A stretch of DNA of 64,000 nucleotides from positions 736,001 to 800,000 of the forward strand of contig JBBCJC010000005.1 in assembly GCA_037189525.1 (NCBI GenBank). Reading direction: 5' to 3'. Shown here piece by piece: positions 1 to 8,331 of this stretch (within the stretch, counting starts at the first letter, position 1; every line of letters begins with the position of its first letter). Made by a program: the position numbers and the translations under genes. The stretch comes from Gemmatimonadales bacterium. GTDB lineage: Bacteria > Gemmatimonadota > Gemmatimonadetes > Gemmatimonadales > GWC2-71-9. The notes below the pieces were generated by a model, which saw only the letters and a list, made by a program, of their open reading frames with translations, was not told where the DNA came from and did not search any database.

Positions 1-364
1 CTACGATCGCCTGGAAACGCTTTATCACTCCCCGTTTCTCACAATGCGGTCCGGCCGCAACACATCAGTCATCACGATTGCGTGCCTACCCCCTGGTGAA
101 AACTCGGACTGACTCCCCCAGTACCAATCTAGGAGCTGCCTCTCCCGTTCAGATCAATCCCATGCCAGGAAAATCGCCGTGATCGCGGTATGCTAGTTCA
201 ATCCGACAAAGCGCCTCATCCAGGCCTCTCGGCAAACAAGACTAAACCATCCTCTACCTTCAAGGCAAACTACCTCTAGCAAAAATGACCCGCCACCCTA
301 CGGAGCTAATAGAACAGAGAATGCTGCCTGTTGAAACCTGAATCCCTGGGTGGTGCTCCCAATA

Positions 365-405
365 ATGAAGGGTGGTGCAGTAGAACTTACTGCACCACCC
401 TTCAT
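365..405 (-). terminator. Intrinsic terminator-like hairpin after susD-like gene
   Basis: Perfect 18-bp inverted repeat ATGAAGGGTGGTGCAGTA / TACTGCACCACCCTTCAT with 5-nt loop, 17 nt past the stop at 423; short U tail (TATT) on minus strand. Confidence 0.8.
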
Positions 406-422
406 CTCAGCTAACCGTCGTA

Positions 423-1772
423 CTAGAAGTTCGGATTGTTGTTCCGCTCGACGTCCGGCAGCGGCAAGCAACGGACGGAGCCGTATACGCCACCCTTCGG
501 ACGATTGGCCGTGCCACCGGTGACCCGCTCCTGCGGAATCTGGAACGACACACCAGCCGCCGGATCGAAAGGCACATTGAACCGGATGTAGTCGTATCCA
601 CGCTGACTCTCGAGGAACAGCTCACGCGACCGCTCCTCGATGATCTGATTCATGATGGCCGTTGCATCGCTGCTGGCGAAGGCCGGCAGGCTGACTGCCG
701 AATGCAGCTCGTTGATATACGACACGGCGGCATCCGGGTTCACCAGATGATAGTCGGCCTCGGCCATGATCAGACGGGCTTCCCCGTACCTCGCGAGAGG
801 AATAGCCGCCGCCTGCGAGTTGTACTTCCGCGCAATGTACAGGTTCGGAGTCAGGTTGTCCTGGCCGGTCGGCCCGACAGCGACGACGACCCGAGGATCG
901 GGAACGCCGTTAAACGTCATCGCCTGATACCGCGGCGCAACCCCGATCGTCCGGCCTTCCTGGTTCCGCGTAAACACATGATTGCGGGAGTAGGACGCGT
1001 TGGTCGCGTACGGCATGTTATAGACGAAACCGGCCGGAATGGCGGCCGCATCCGCCCGGGCTTCGGTGAGCTTCGCATTCACGACCGCCTGCCCCGGCAA
1101 CTTCGCCAGATTGAGACGGGTACGGGCACGACCGACGCGAGCCGCATTGGCGATCGCGGTATTGTTCGCGGCGCCGGCATGCGTGATGGCCTCGGTGAAC
1201 TTTCCTTCCGCCACCGCAAATACCTGCGCGGGCGTCATCTCCGGCCCGCCATCCAGCGCCATCGAGCAGAAACCTTCGCCCAACAGCAGCGTGGAGTACC
1301 CGGCAAGGAGGGCGGCACGAGCCATCAATGCCGTCCGGCCCGACACCTGGGCATCGGAATACTGAGCCAGGTTCGTCAGCGCCAAGTTGGCCGTGTAACG
1401 GGCAGTCTGCATCGGCGCGTAGACGCCAAACTGCTGGCCTCCGTCGCACGCTGCGGTGGCGTAGTTACCGCCCGCCTGCAACATCGAGCGACGATCCCAG
1501 TCCCAACCTGCCGCAGCGAGCTGGGTGTCTTCGAGTTCGTCGGTGATCAGCCCGAATCCCGTGATGTACGCCTGGAAGGCACAGCCAAATGCCGCCTGCG
1601 CTCCATCCACCATCAATGACGCCGCCGCGGGACCTTCAAGCGTGCTTTCGAGGATACGCGACGGCGCGGCCTGGTCGAGCAGGTCGCTACAACCAGCGGC
1701 CCCCAGGAGGAGGGCCACGGGCGCAACCGCCCTGGCCCCCCGATACATCAGTTTAGAAACCATAGTCTGCAT
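423..1772 (-). CDS. RagB/SusD-family outer-membrane nutrient-binding lipoprotein
   Basis: Lipobox LLLGAAG|C; SusD-type C-terminal motifs ARYGEARLIMAEA, ERSRELFLESQR, LPLPDVE; directly downstream of SusC-like gene. Confidence 0.9.
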   Translation of the reverse strand: MQTMVSKLMYRGARAVAPVALLLGAAGCSDLLDQAAPSRILESTLEGPAAASLMVDGAQAAFGCAFQAYITGFGLITDELEDTQLAAAGWDWDRRSMLQAGGNYATAACDGGQQFGVYAPMQTARYTANLALTNLAQYSDAQVSGRTALMARAALLAGYSTLLLGEGFCSMALDGGPEMTPAQVFAVAEGKFTEAITHAGAANNTAIANAARVGRARTRLNLAKLPGQAVVNAKLTEARADAAAIPAGFVYNMPYATNASYSRNHVFTRNQEGRTIGVAPRYQAMTFNGVPDPRVVVAVGPTGQDNLTPNLYIARKYNSQAAAIPLARYGEARLIMAEADYHLVNPDAAVSYINELHSAVSLPAFASSDATAIMNQIIEERSRELFLESQRGYDYIRFNVPFDPAAGVSFQIPQERVTGGTANRPKGGVYGSVRCLPLPDVERNNNPNF

Positions 1773-1802
1773 GAGAATTCAGTTCCTCGTCTCAGGCCCA
1801 GG

Positions 1803-4775
1803 TCAGAAAGTCAGGTTGATCGAGAGGTTCAACGACGCAAGCTGAGGCGTCTGATCCTGCTCGGTGCGCTGGCGTGACTCCGTCACGAAGTACGCCTCAG
1901 GATCCAGGCCGCTGTAACCAGTCCAGGTGTGGAGGTTACGAGCCGAGAGAGAGAGGGTGCCGTCCGTGGCGCGGAACCAGCGGGAAACCGACCGCGGCAT
2001 CGAGTACGAGACCGAAATTTCCCGAAGCTTGATGAAGCTTGCGTCGCTGGCGACGAACGAGGTGGCGGTACCACCCGTCTGGATCTCGGCAACGATCCGC
2101 GGATCGTAATCGTGCGGCCGGATGTTCTCGACGCAACGGAGGAAGATCTGGCACAGTGCCCGGCGGTTGTTATCCAGGTGCTTGTTCCCCTGCTTGAAAT
2201 CGGCAAGCCCGTACACCCGGAGCCGGTTCCACAACGTGGCCGTGGCACTGAACGCGCCCTCGAGCTTGGGATCGAATCGACCCTGGAGGACAGACGGAGC
2301 CGAAGTACAAACAACACCACCACCATTGCCATCGTCGCAGAGCACGTTGATGGCCTGCCCCGCCGCGTTCAACTCAGCCGAGATGACCTGGCGCGCATAG
2401 TACGCGTCGACCGGATGACCGACGGTCGGGCTCGCGTTGCCGAGTGACTGGATCGGCGAGCCGTCCGGGTTCGTACCGAGATCCAGAATCTTGTTGTCAT
2501 TCGTGGCAACCGAGAACCGCAGATCGAGCGCGAAGTTCTGCTTCTGGATCGGCGTACCGTACACCTCGACCTCGATGCCCTGGTTCTTGATGGCACCGAC
2601 GTTGATGAACTGCGCACCCGTGTAGCCCAGCGACGGCGCCTGGGCCTTCTGCAGGATCGCGTCACGGGTCTTCTTATAGAAGCCGGTGACCGAGAAACCG
2701 AGACGATCATTCAGCAAACCGGCGTCCGCACCGACTTCGAACTCTTCCGCGCGTTCCGGCTTGAGGTCCGGATTGCCGACGAACTCCGGAATGGCTGCCG
2801 CCGAACCGTTGCCGCCGACGACTGCCCTCCAACTCCGCACGGCGGAGAAGGCGGCAGGCTGCTGACCCGCCTGGCCGTAGGCACCGCGCAGCTTGAGGGT
2901 GTTGGCGAAGCCCTCGCCACCTTCACGCGCGATGTACGAAAGGCTGACCTTCGGATAGGCGATCAGGGTGAAGTTGTCGCCGAAGGCGCTATTGTTATCG
3001 ATCCGGACGGCGCCCGTCAGGTACAGACGATCGCTGAAGCCGAACTGCTGCTGGAAGTAGCTTCCCAAGGTCGAGTTTTCGATGAACGTCTCGCCAGCCG
3101 AGAAGATCGACGCCGCTTCGATCGCTTCCAGTCCGGGAGCCGGGAACTGCTGGCCCTGCGCAGTCAGGATGTCATTCCGCTGACGATAGTACTGGGCGCC
3201 AACCGACGTCGTGGACGAAATCTTGTCCGAGATCGACATGCGCGCGGTGGCGCTGTAGTCGAACGTCGTGAAGTTGCTGGTCCGGCGCTGCTTCCACTTG
3301 GAGCCAAGGCGACCGACGCCCTGGTTGAACACGATCCACTGCGGCGGCAGGTACCGATTGTAATCTTCGGCGGCCTGGTCGGTCTGATCGAGGCCGACGG
3401 TCAGCTTGTGGCTCAACCACGAAAGCGGCCGGTGGTTCAGCGTCACGCTACCCGTAAAGCGGTTGATCGACATGACCGCCTGACGCGCGCCCCACTGGTA
3501 TTCCTGCGGACCACCGTTGAAACCGCGGTACGGGGTGTTGACCGTGTTCGGATCCCCGAAGATGGTCGAGAACCAGATACCACCGGAGCCGGCCTCATAG
3601 GCCTGATTGACCTTGCTCTTGACGTAGCCAAAGCTGGTCTGGACATCGAACTTCTCACCGCCGCTGATGGTGAGGTTCAGATTGGTCGTCAGACGACGCA
3701 TGTTGTTCGTCTGTTCGATACCGTTGTCGGCGTCGAGCGTCGTACCAGCGTAGTACCGAATCGCTTCGGTTCCACCGCTGATGTTCGCCCCGTAGCCCAT
3801 CAGGTATCCGTTCTTGAAGAGCAGCGACGAGACGGAGTCCGGATGCGGATTGGCCGAGAGCCGCTTATGCCGCTCCCGTTCCTGCGCCACCGGGTTCCAG
3901 TAGGTCTCGACCCCGTTGATCATCGCCACCGGCTGCACGATCCGGCCTTCCGGATTCATGAACCAGTTGGTGCCCTGACGGGTCTGGAGCCCGATCACCG
4001 GCTTGGCGCCCTGCTTGCCGCGCTTGGTGATGATCTGGATCACACCGTTGGTCGCCTCGGTGCCGTACAGCGTGGCAGCCGCGGGGCCTTTGATGATTTC
4101 GATGCTCTCGATCTGGTCCGGATCGATATCGTTGAGCCGGCTCGAAATACCGGAGCCGAAGCCCTGCACCGAGACACCCTGCGCGGTCGAGTTGTTGACC
4201 CGGGCGCCGTCGATGTAGATCAGCGGGTTGCCGTTCAAGCTGAAGCTGTTGACACCCCGAATCCGGATCTGCGGACCTGAACCGACCTGGCCCGTGCCCG
4301 GGATGACCATGACACCGGGAGCCCGGCTGTTGATCAGGTTCGAGATGTCCGGCACCGGCGCGAACGACTGCTGGTCGGCCGCATGCACGGTCGCCGTCGC
4401 ATTACCGAGGGTCCGGCGCTCCACCGCTTCCGGCGTACCGGTTACGACGAGTTCGCCGAGGTTGATCGCCTGCTCGACCAGATTGATGCGCACGTCATTG
4501 GAGCCGACACGCGCCACCTGAGTCCGCGGGCTGTAGCCGATCATGGTAACGCGAAGCGTCACTTCCGACCCCGAGAGCCCGGTCAGGGTAAACCGACCGG
4601 CGTTGCTGCTGCGCACTTCTTTACCCGCTACGCCCTCGACGGCAATACGCGCGCCCTCGAGTGCTCGGCCGGAACGGCTATCGACGACGACGCCGCTCAC
4701 GTCCTGTGCTGCCAACCCACCGGCCGTGAGCGCCATACACGCCACGACGGCTCCGAGGAGTTTCCTCAACCTCAT
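1803..4775 (-). CDS. SusC/RagA-family TonB-dependent outer-membrane transporter
   Basis: Signal peptide, N-terminal carboxypeptidase-regulatory-like domain, plug motif IESIEIIKGPAAATLYG..NGVIQIITKRG, GNPDLKPE, terminal Phe; 990 aa. Confidence 0.95.
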   Translation of the reverse strand: MRLRKLLGAVVACMALTAGGLAAQDVSGVVVDSRSGRALEGARIAVEGVAGKEVRSSNAGRFTLTGLSGSEVTLRVTMIGYSPRTQVARVGSNDVRINLVEQAINLGELVVTGTPEAVERRTLGNATATVHAADQQSFAPVPDISNLINSRAPGVMVIPGTGQVGSGPQIRIRGVNSFSLNGNPLIYIDGARVNNSTAQGVSVQGFGSGISSRLNDIDPDQIESIEIIKGPAAATLYGTEATNGVIQIITKRGKQGAKPVIGLQTRQGTNWFMNPEGRIVQPVAMINGVETYWNPVAQERERHKRLSANPHPDSVSSLLFKNGYLMGYGANISGGTEAIRYYAGTTLDADNGIEQTNNMRRLTTNLNLTISGGEKFDVQTSFGYVKSKVNQAYEAGSGGIWFSTIFGDPNTVNTPYRGFNGGPQEYQWGARQAVMSINRFTGSVTLNHRPLSWLSHKLTVGLDQTDQAAEDYNRYLPPQWIVFNQGVGRLGSKWKQRRTSNFTTFDYSATARMSISDKISSTTSVGAQYYRQRNDILTAQGQQFPAPGLEAIEAASIFSAGETFIENSTLGSYFQQQFGFSDRLYLTGAVRIDNNSAFGDNFTLIAYPKVSLSYIAREGGEGFANTLKLRGAYGQAGQQPAAFSAVRSWRAVVGGNGSAAAIPEFVGNPDLKPERAEEFEVGADAGLLNDRLGFSVTGFYKKTRDAILQKAQAPSLGYTGAQFINVGAIKNQGIEVEVYGTPIQKQNFALDLRFSVATNDNKILDLGTNPDGSPIQSLGNASPTVGHPVDAYYARQVISAELNAAGQAINVLCDDGNGGGVVCTSAPSVLQGRFDPKLEGAFSATATLWNRLRVYGLADFKQGNKHLDNNRRALCQIFLRCVENIRPHDYDPRIVAEIQTGGTATSFVASDASFIKLREISVSYSMPRSVSRWFRATDGTLSLSARNLHTWTGYSGLDPEAYFVTESRQRTEQDQTPQLASLNLSINLTF

Positions 4776-4889
4776 ACGCTTCTCCGGGTCTGGGGGCTAA
4801 GACACGATCGCACGCACCGCGAGCCCACGCGGCGCGGGACTAAAATCTGGATTCCTGCGAACGAACGGTGACCAGTTCGGTACTCGGCT

Positions 4890-4910
4890 TTGTATACATT
4901 GTTGTCGGAC
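4890..4910 (-). promoter_or_regulatory. Candidate GntR/FadR operator (tandem 9-mers, contains palindrome TGTATACA)
   Basis: Minus strand GTCCGACAA-CAA-TGTATACAA just downstream of predicted -10 of susC-like gene; same architecture at 17890 and 27919. Confidence 0.65.
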
Positions 4911-4918
4911 GAGCAGTC

Positions 4919-4947
4919 ATCATACGCACCGCGAGACCGAAATGCAA
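4919..4947 (-). promoter_or_regulatory. Sigma70-type promoter for susCD
   Basis: Minus strand TTGCAT-17 nt-TATGAT. Confidence 0.6.
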
Positions 4948-5002
4948 GATGGAACACCTGGTTCGCCCCCTACGAAACCCCTCGTACAGGAGTTTCCTGG
5001 AG

Positions 5003-5722
5003 CTACCAATTCCCGGCTTCGCCCTGCGCTCCGATAACGGCTTGCAAACGCACCGCGGCGTTCCGCCAATTGGTTCGGACGGCCGCCTGGGCGTGCTGCC
5101 CTCTCCCGGCAGAAATCTCCGCGATGATCTGGGTATGTTCGACGATGGACGTCTGAATGGCGTCGTGCAATACGGTCTGATAAATCCGGATGTACCGCTC
5201 GATCTGGGGCTTGATCGCGTCGTGAAGCGACCGGAGACGCGGCCCGGCAGCCGCCTCCACGTACGCCCGATGGAACCGGGTGTCGAGCTCGAAAAGCTCG
5301 TCGCTATCCCCACCCACCGCGCTGGCGACCCGCTGGTACTCTTCGTTGAGTTCGTTCAGAGTGTAGACCAATGCGTTCCGTGGTCTAGTCGGGAGGCCCG
5401 CCGCCCGCTCGGCCGCCAACCCCTCGATCTCCGCCACCATCCCGAAGAGCTCACGGGCATCGTCCTGGGTCAACGGGGCAACCGTCAGGCGACTCCGCCG
5501 GCCCTCCCGCGCGGCCGTGATGTACCCTTCCTGCTGAAGGCGCTGCAGTGCCGCCCGCACCGAGGTGCGGCTGACCCCGAACCGGGAAGTCAGGTCAGCC
5601 TCGGTAAGCCGAAATCCTGGCGCGACTTTGCCCCGCACGATCAGGTCTCGGACCTGTTGATAGACCTCCCAGACCCGATCCTGTCGGACCGGGACCAACG
5701 TCGAAAACGACATCAGCAACAC
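5003..5722 (-). CDS. GntR-family (FadR/FCD-type) transcriptional regulator
   Basis: wHTH VYQQVRDLIVRG..PGFRLTEADLTSRFGVSRTSVRAALQRL; FCD motifs LDTRFH and EHTQII; start may be ATG 5713. Confidence 0.92.
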   Translation of the reverse strand: MLLMSFSTLVPVRQDRVWEVYQQVRDLIVRGKVAPGFRLTEADLTSRFGVSRTSVRAALQRLQQEGYITAAREGRRSRLTVAPLTQDDARELFGMVAEIEGLAAERAAGLPTRPRNALVYTLNELNEEYQRVASAVGGDSDELFELDTRFHRAYVEAAAGPRLRSLHDAIKPQIERYIRIYQTVLHDAIQTSIVEHTQIIAEISAGRGQHAQAAVRTNWRNAAVRLQAVIGAQGEAGNW

Positions 5723-5822
5723 CCGTGGTCATAGCGATTGGTCATCCCACCCGGGGGATCGGGAACTCGGCCGCCAATCTATTGGTCAAACAACCAACGC
5801 GATAGACCAGGCGCGCTTCCGG

Positions 5823-7391
5823 TCAATCCCGCCGGAAGGTCCCCATCCCGTCAATCGTTACCGACGCCACGGCGCCGTCCCGGCCAATCGCAAAGGTGGC
5901 AAACTGTCCGCCCGCCCAGGTCCCCGACAGCCGAAGCCGGAAGACGTCGTAATGCCAGGGCTGGAGCAATCCATCGCCACCCTCCCGGATCCTGAATTCG
6001 AGTCCCCCAGGCCCGGCAACGACACTGACCTCACCCATGAGGTCGTTCCGGTATCGTCCCGCATAAGCGGTCATCGGCCGACTCGGCGGCGCTCCCTCGA
6101 CCCGCTGGGCCTGGAGCGCGCGCTCCGCCTCACGGCTCCGGGCCCGGTCGAGAGCGTTGAGCGCGAGCAGTTCACGACTCCAGTCCCGCACCGGCGCGCC
6201 CAGATGGAGGTCGATGATCCGATACGCGAGCGCCTGGGGCAGCCAGGCATACCCCATGTCACCGTTCGAGAGCACCGCAATCCCAAGGTTCTCTTCCGGT
6301 ACGAAGCCGACATAGGCCAGGAACCCGATGATCCCGCCGGTGTGCCAGACCACCTTCCGGCTCCGGTAGTCGTTGAGCCGCCAGCCCAGACCATAGGACC
6401 AGAAATGGGTGCTGGGACTGACCGAGTCGACCAGTTGAATCCAGCCCGCGGGATACAGCACCGATTGCGGCGTCAGCATGGCATCGAAGGTCGCGGAGCG
6501 CAGCAACCGCTTCCCGTCATGGACGCCACCGGACGTCAGAAAGCGAAGCCACTGCGCCATGTCGGCAGCATTCGAGATGACCGAGCCCGCCGAAACCGCG
6601 TTGTCATAGCTCTGCCAGGCAATGGGACGGACCGAGTCGGCGACCATCTGATGGGGCAACGCCGCATCATGCCCGTTCCGGACATCGTCCAGTGTGACCG
6701 GACGATCCGGCAGCGCACAGTAGAAGCACTTGGCAAAGCGGGTCGAGTCGAAAAACCGGCTGATATCCGTAGTCGTCTGCCCCATTCCGAGCGGGCTCAA
6801 GATCCGTTCAGCCAGGAGACGCTCCCACGGCTTGCCGGCCGCCGCCGCAACCGCCTCACCCGCGGCCGAATACATCATGTTGCTGTACTCGTAGCGGCTC
6901 CGAAACGGCACCGCCGGCGTGAGATAGCGCAGCTGGCGCAGCACCTTCTCGCGGGTCCAGGTCACCACGCCGTTGTAAGCACCCAGGATCCCGGTCCGGT
7001 GCGAAAAGGCATCCCGCAGGGTGACGTTCTGAGTCAGATACGGATCGGCCAACTCGAACCACGGCAGATGGCGGCGAATCGGATCATCCCAACCGATCAC
7101 GCCATCATCCACCAGCATGGCCGCCAGCGCAGACGAGAACGCCTTACTGGTCGACCCGATCTCGAACAGCGTCTGGGCAGTGACCGGATCCGGGCGGCCC
7201 AGCTGTTTGACACCGTACCCCTTGGCGAGAATGACCGAGTCGTTCCGAACGATCGCAATTGCCACGCCGGGGACGCGCCACTCCGCCAGCGCCTTGGCTA
7301 CGTAGTCGTCAAACCCGGCGAGAGCACGCTCCTGCGCGGCCAACGGAGCCGTGACTCCGAACAGCGCCGCTATCAACCACATCGCTTTCAT
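5823..7391 (-). CDS. Secreted serine hydrolase, beta-lactamase/AmpC-like (peptidase S12) with DUF3471-like C-terminal domain
   Basis: Signal peptide MKAMWLIAALF; STSK, YSN, HTG motifs; ATGA overlap with upstream cytochrome c gene. Confidence 0.9.
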   Translation of the reverse strand: MKAMWLIAALFGVTAPLAAQERALAGFDDYVAKALAEWRVPGVAIAIVRNDSVILAKGYGVKQLGRPDPVTAQTLFEIGSTSKAFSSALAAMLVDDGVIGWDDPIRRHLPWFELADPYLTQNVTLRDAFSHRTGILGAYNGVVTWTREKVLRQLRYLTPAVPFRSRYEYSNMMYSAAGEAVAAAAGKPWERLLAERILSPLGMGQTTTDISRFFDSTRFAKCFYCALPDRPVTLDDVRNGHDAALPHQMVADSVRPIAWQSYDNAVSAGSVISNAADMAQWLRFLTSGGVHDGKRLLRSATFDAMLTPQSVLYPAGWIQLVDSVSPSTHFWSYGLGWRLNDYRSRKVVWHTGGIIGFLAYVGFVPEENLGIAVLSNGDMGYAWLPQALAYRIIDLHLGAPVRDWSRELLALNALDRARSREAERALQAQRVEGAPPSRPMTAYAGRYRNDLMGEVSVVAGPGGLEFRIREGGDGLLQPWHYDVFRLRLSGTWAGGQFATFAIGRDGAVASVTIDGMGTFRRD

Positions 7392-7819
7392 CGTCTCCGC
7401 CCCTCTTGCGGCGGAAGCGCGACGGACCGGGAGAGGGTCCAAACGTACGCAGCCACCGCCCGCAGTTCGTCGTCGCCCAGCCCGGTCCCCGCCCGCGGCA
7501 GCATCGGGATACCGGTCTTGGCTTCCGACTCGGAAATACCGCGAATCAACTGCACTGTCATCGAGTCGACCGAACCGTCCGGATGGAGCACGACCTGATC
7601 CGTCAGATCGGGACCGGTCCCGCCCTTGCCGTCCATACCGTGGCAGGCCATGCAGAGTCCGGTACTTTCATAGAGCTCTTTGCCCTGCGCCACCATGGCA
7701 GCCGTGACACCCTTGGGCAACGGCACCGGCGCAGCTTGCGCCTCCAGATTCACTCGCCATCCCGCGCAAGCCAGGACGACGAGCAGCCCACCACCCCAGC
7801 AATCGAATCGTCGTCTCAT
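7388..7819 (-). CDS. Monoheme c-type cytochrome
   Basis: GKELY..CMACHGMDGKG..GPDLTD, distal Met (IPMLP), signal peptide; ATGA overlaps at both ends. Confidence 0.85.
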   Translation of the reverse strand: MRRRFDCWGGGLLVVLACAGWRVNLEAQAAPVPLPKGVTAAMVAQGKELYESTGLCMACHGMDGKGGTGPDLTDQVVLHPDGSVDSMTVQLIRGISESEAKTGIPMLPRAGTGLGDDELRAVAAYVWTLSRSVALPPQEGRRR

Positions 7820-8157
7820 TCCCAGGTTTTCCATGTGGTTTCCGACGGACCGATAGTCAGCTGCTGGCGATAGCGCACCAAGGGCTGCCGAATCACGCCA
7901 GGTTCGATGGTGAGTTTCTCCAACCACTGGTCGTCACTGTAACGAGCCGCCGCCCAGCCAAGCTCGGCAAAGCGCTTCGAAGTGCGGTCGATCAGGTTGG
8001 CGAGCCCGAACTTCTGAGCGAAGCGCAACAACTCGCCGCGCGCCGGAGCCCGCACCGTAAAGTCGACGAAGTGGGTCTTGATCCGCCGCTCTGCAAAGAA
8101 ACGGAGCGCCGCCCGGGTATCGGCGTTCTTCCGGGTGCCGAACACTTGCACTTCCAT
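7816..8157 (-). CDS. ArsC/Spx/MgsR-family protein (no cysteine)
   Basis: VQVFG..DTRAALRFF..HFVDF..GEL..EPGVIRQPLV pattern; ATG 8157 lies 6 nt after TAGATT (alternative GTG 8160). Confidence 0.8.
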   Translation of the reverse strand: MEVQVFGTRKNADTRAALRFFAERRIKTHFVDFTVRAPARGELLRFAQKFGLANLIDRTSKRFAELGWAAARYSDDQWLEKLTIEPGVIRQPLVRYRQQLTIGPSETTWKTWE

Positions 8158-8331
8158 CACCGGAATCTAGTGCGCCGGCACCGGACTCGCAGTAGATTCA
8201 CGCCGTTCGTTTTCTTTCGACCGCGCCGAATCTCCCTTACCGGAGCCGCCCGCCCACACCGAATCACCAGGCGCTGCTCTGACCGATCGCGGCCGCTTCC
8301 GTCCCACGACAGCATTACCGAGGCCGATACC

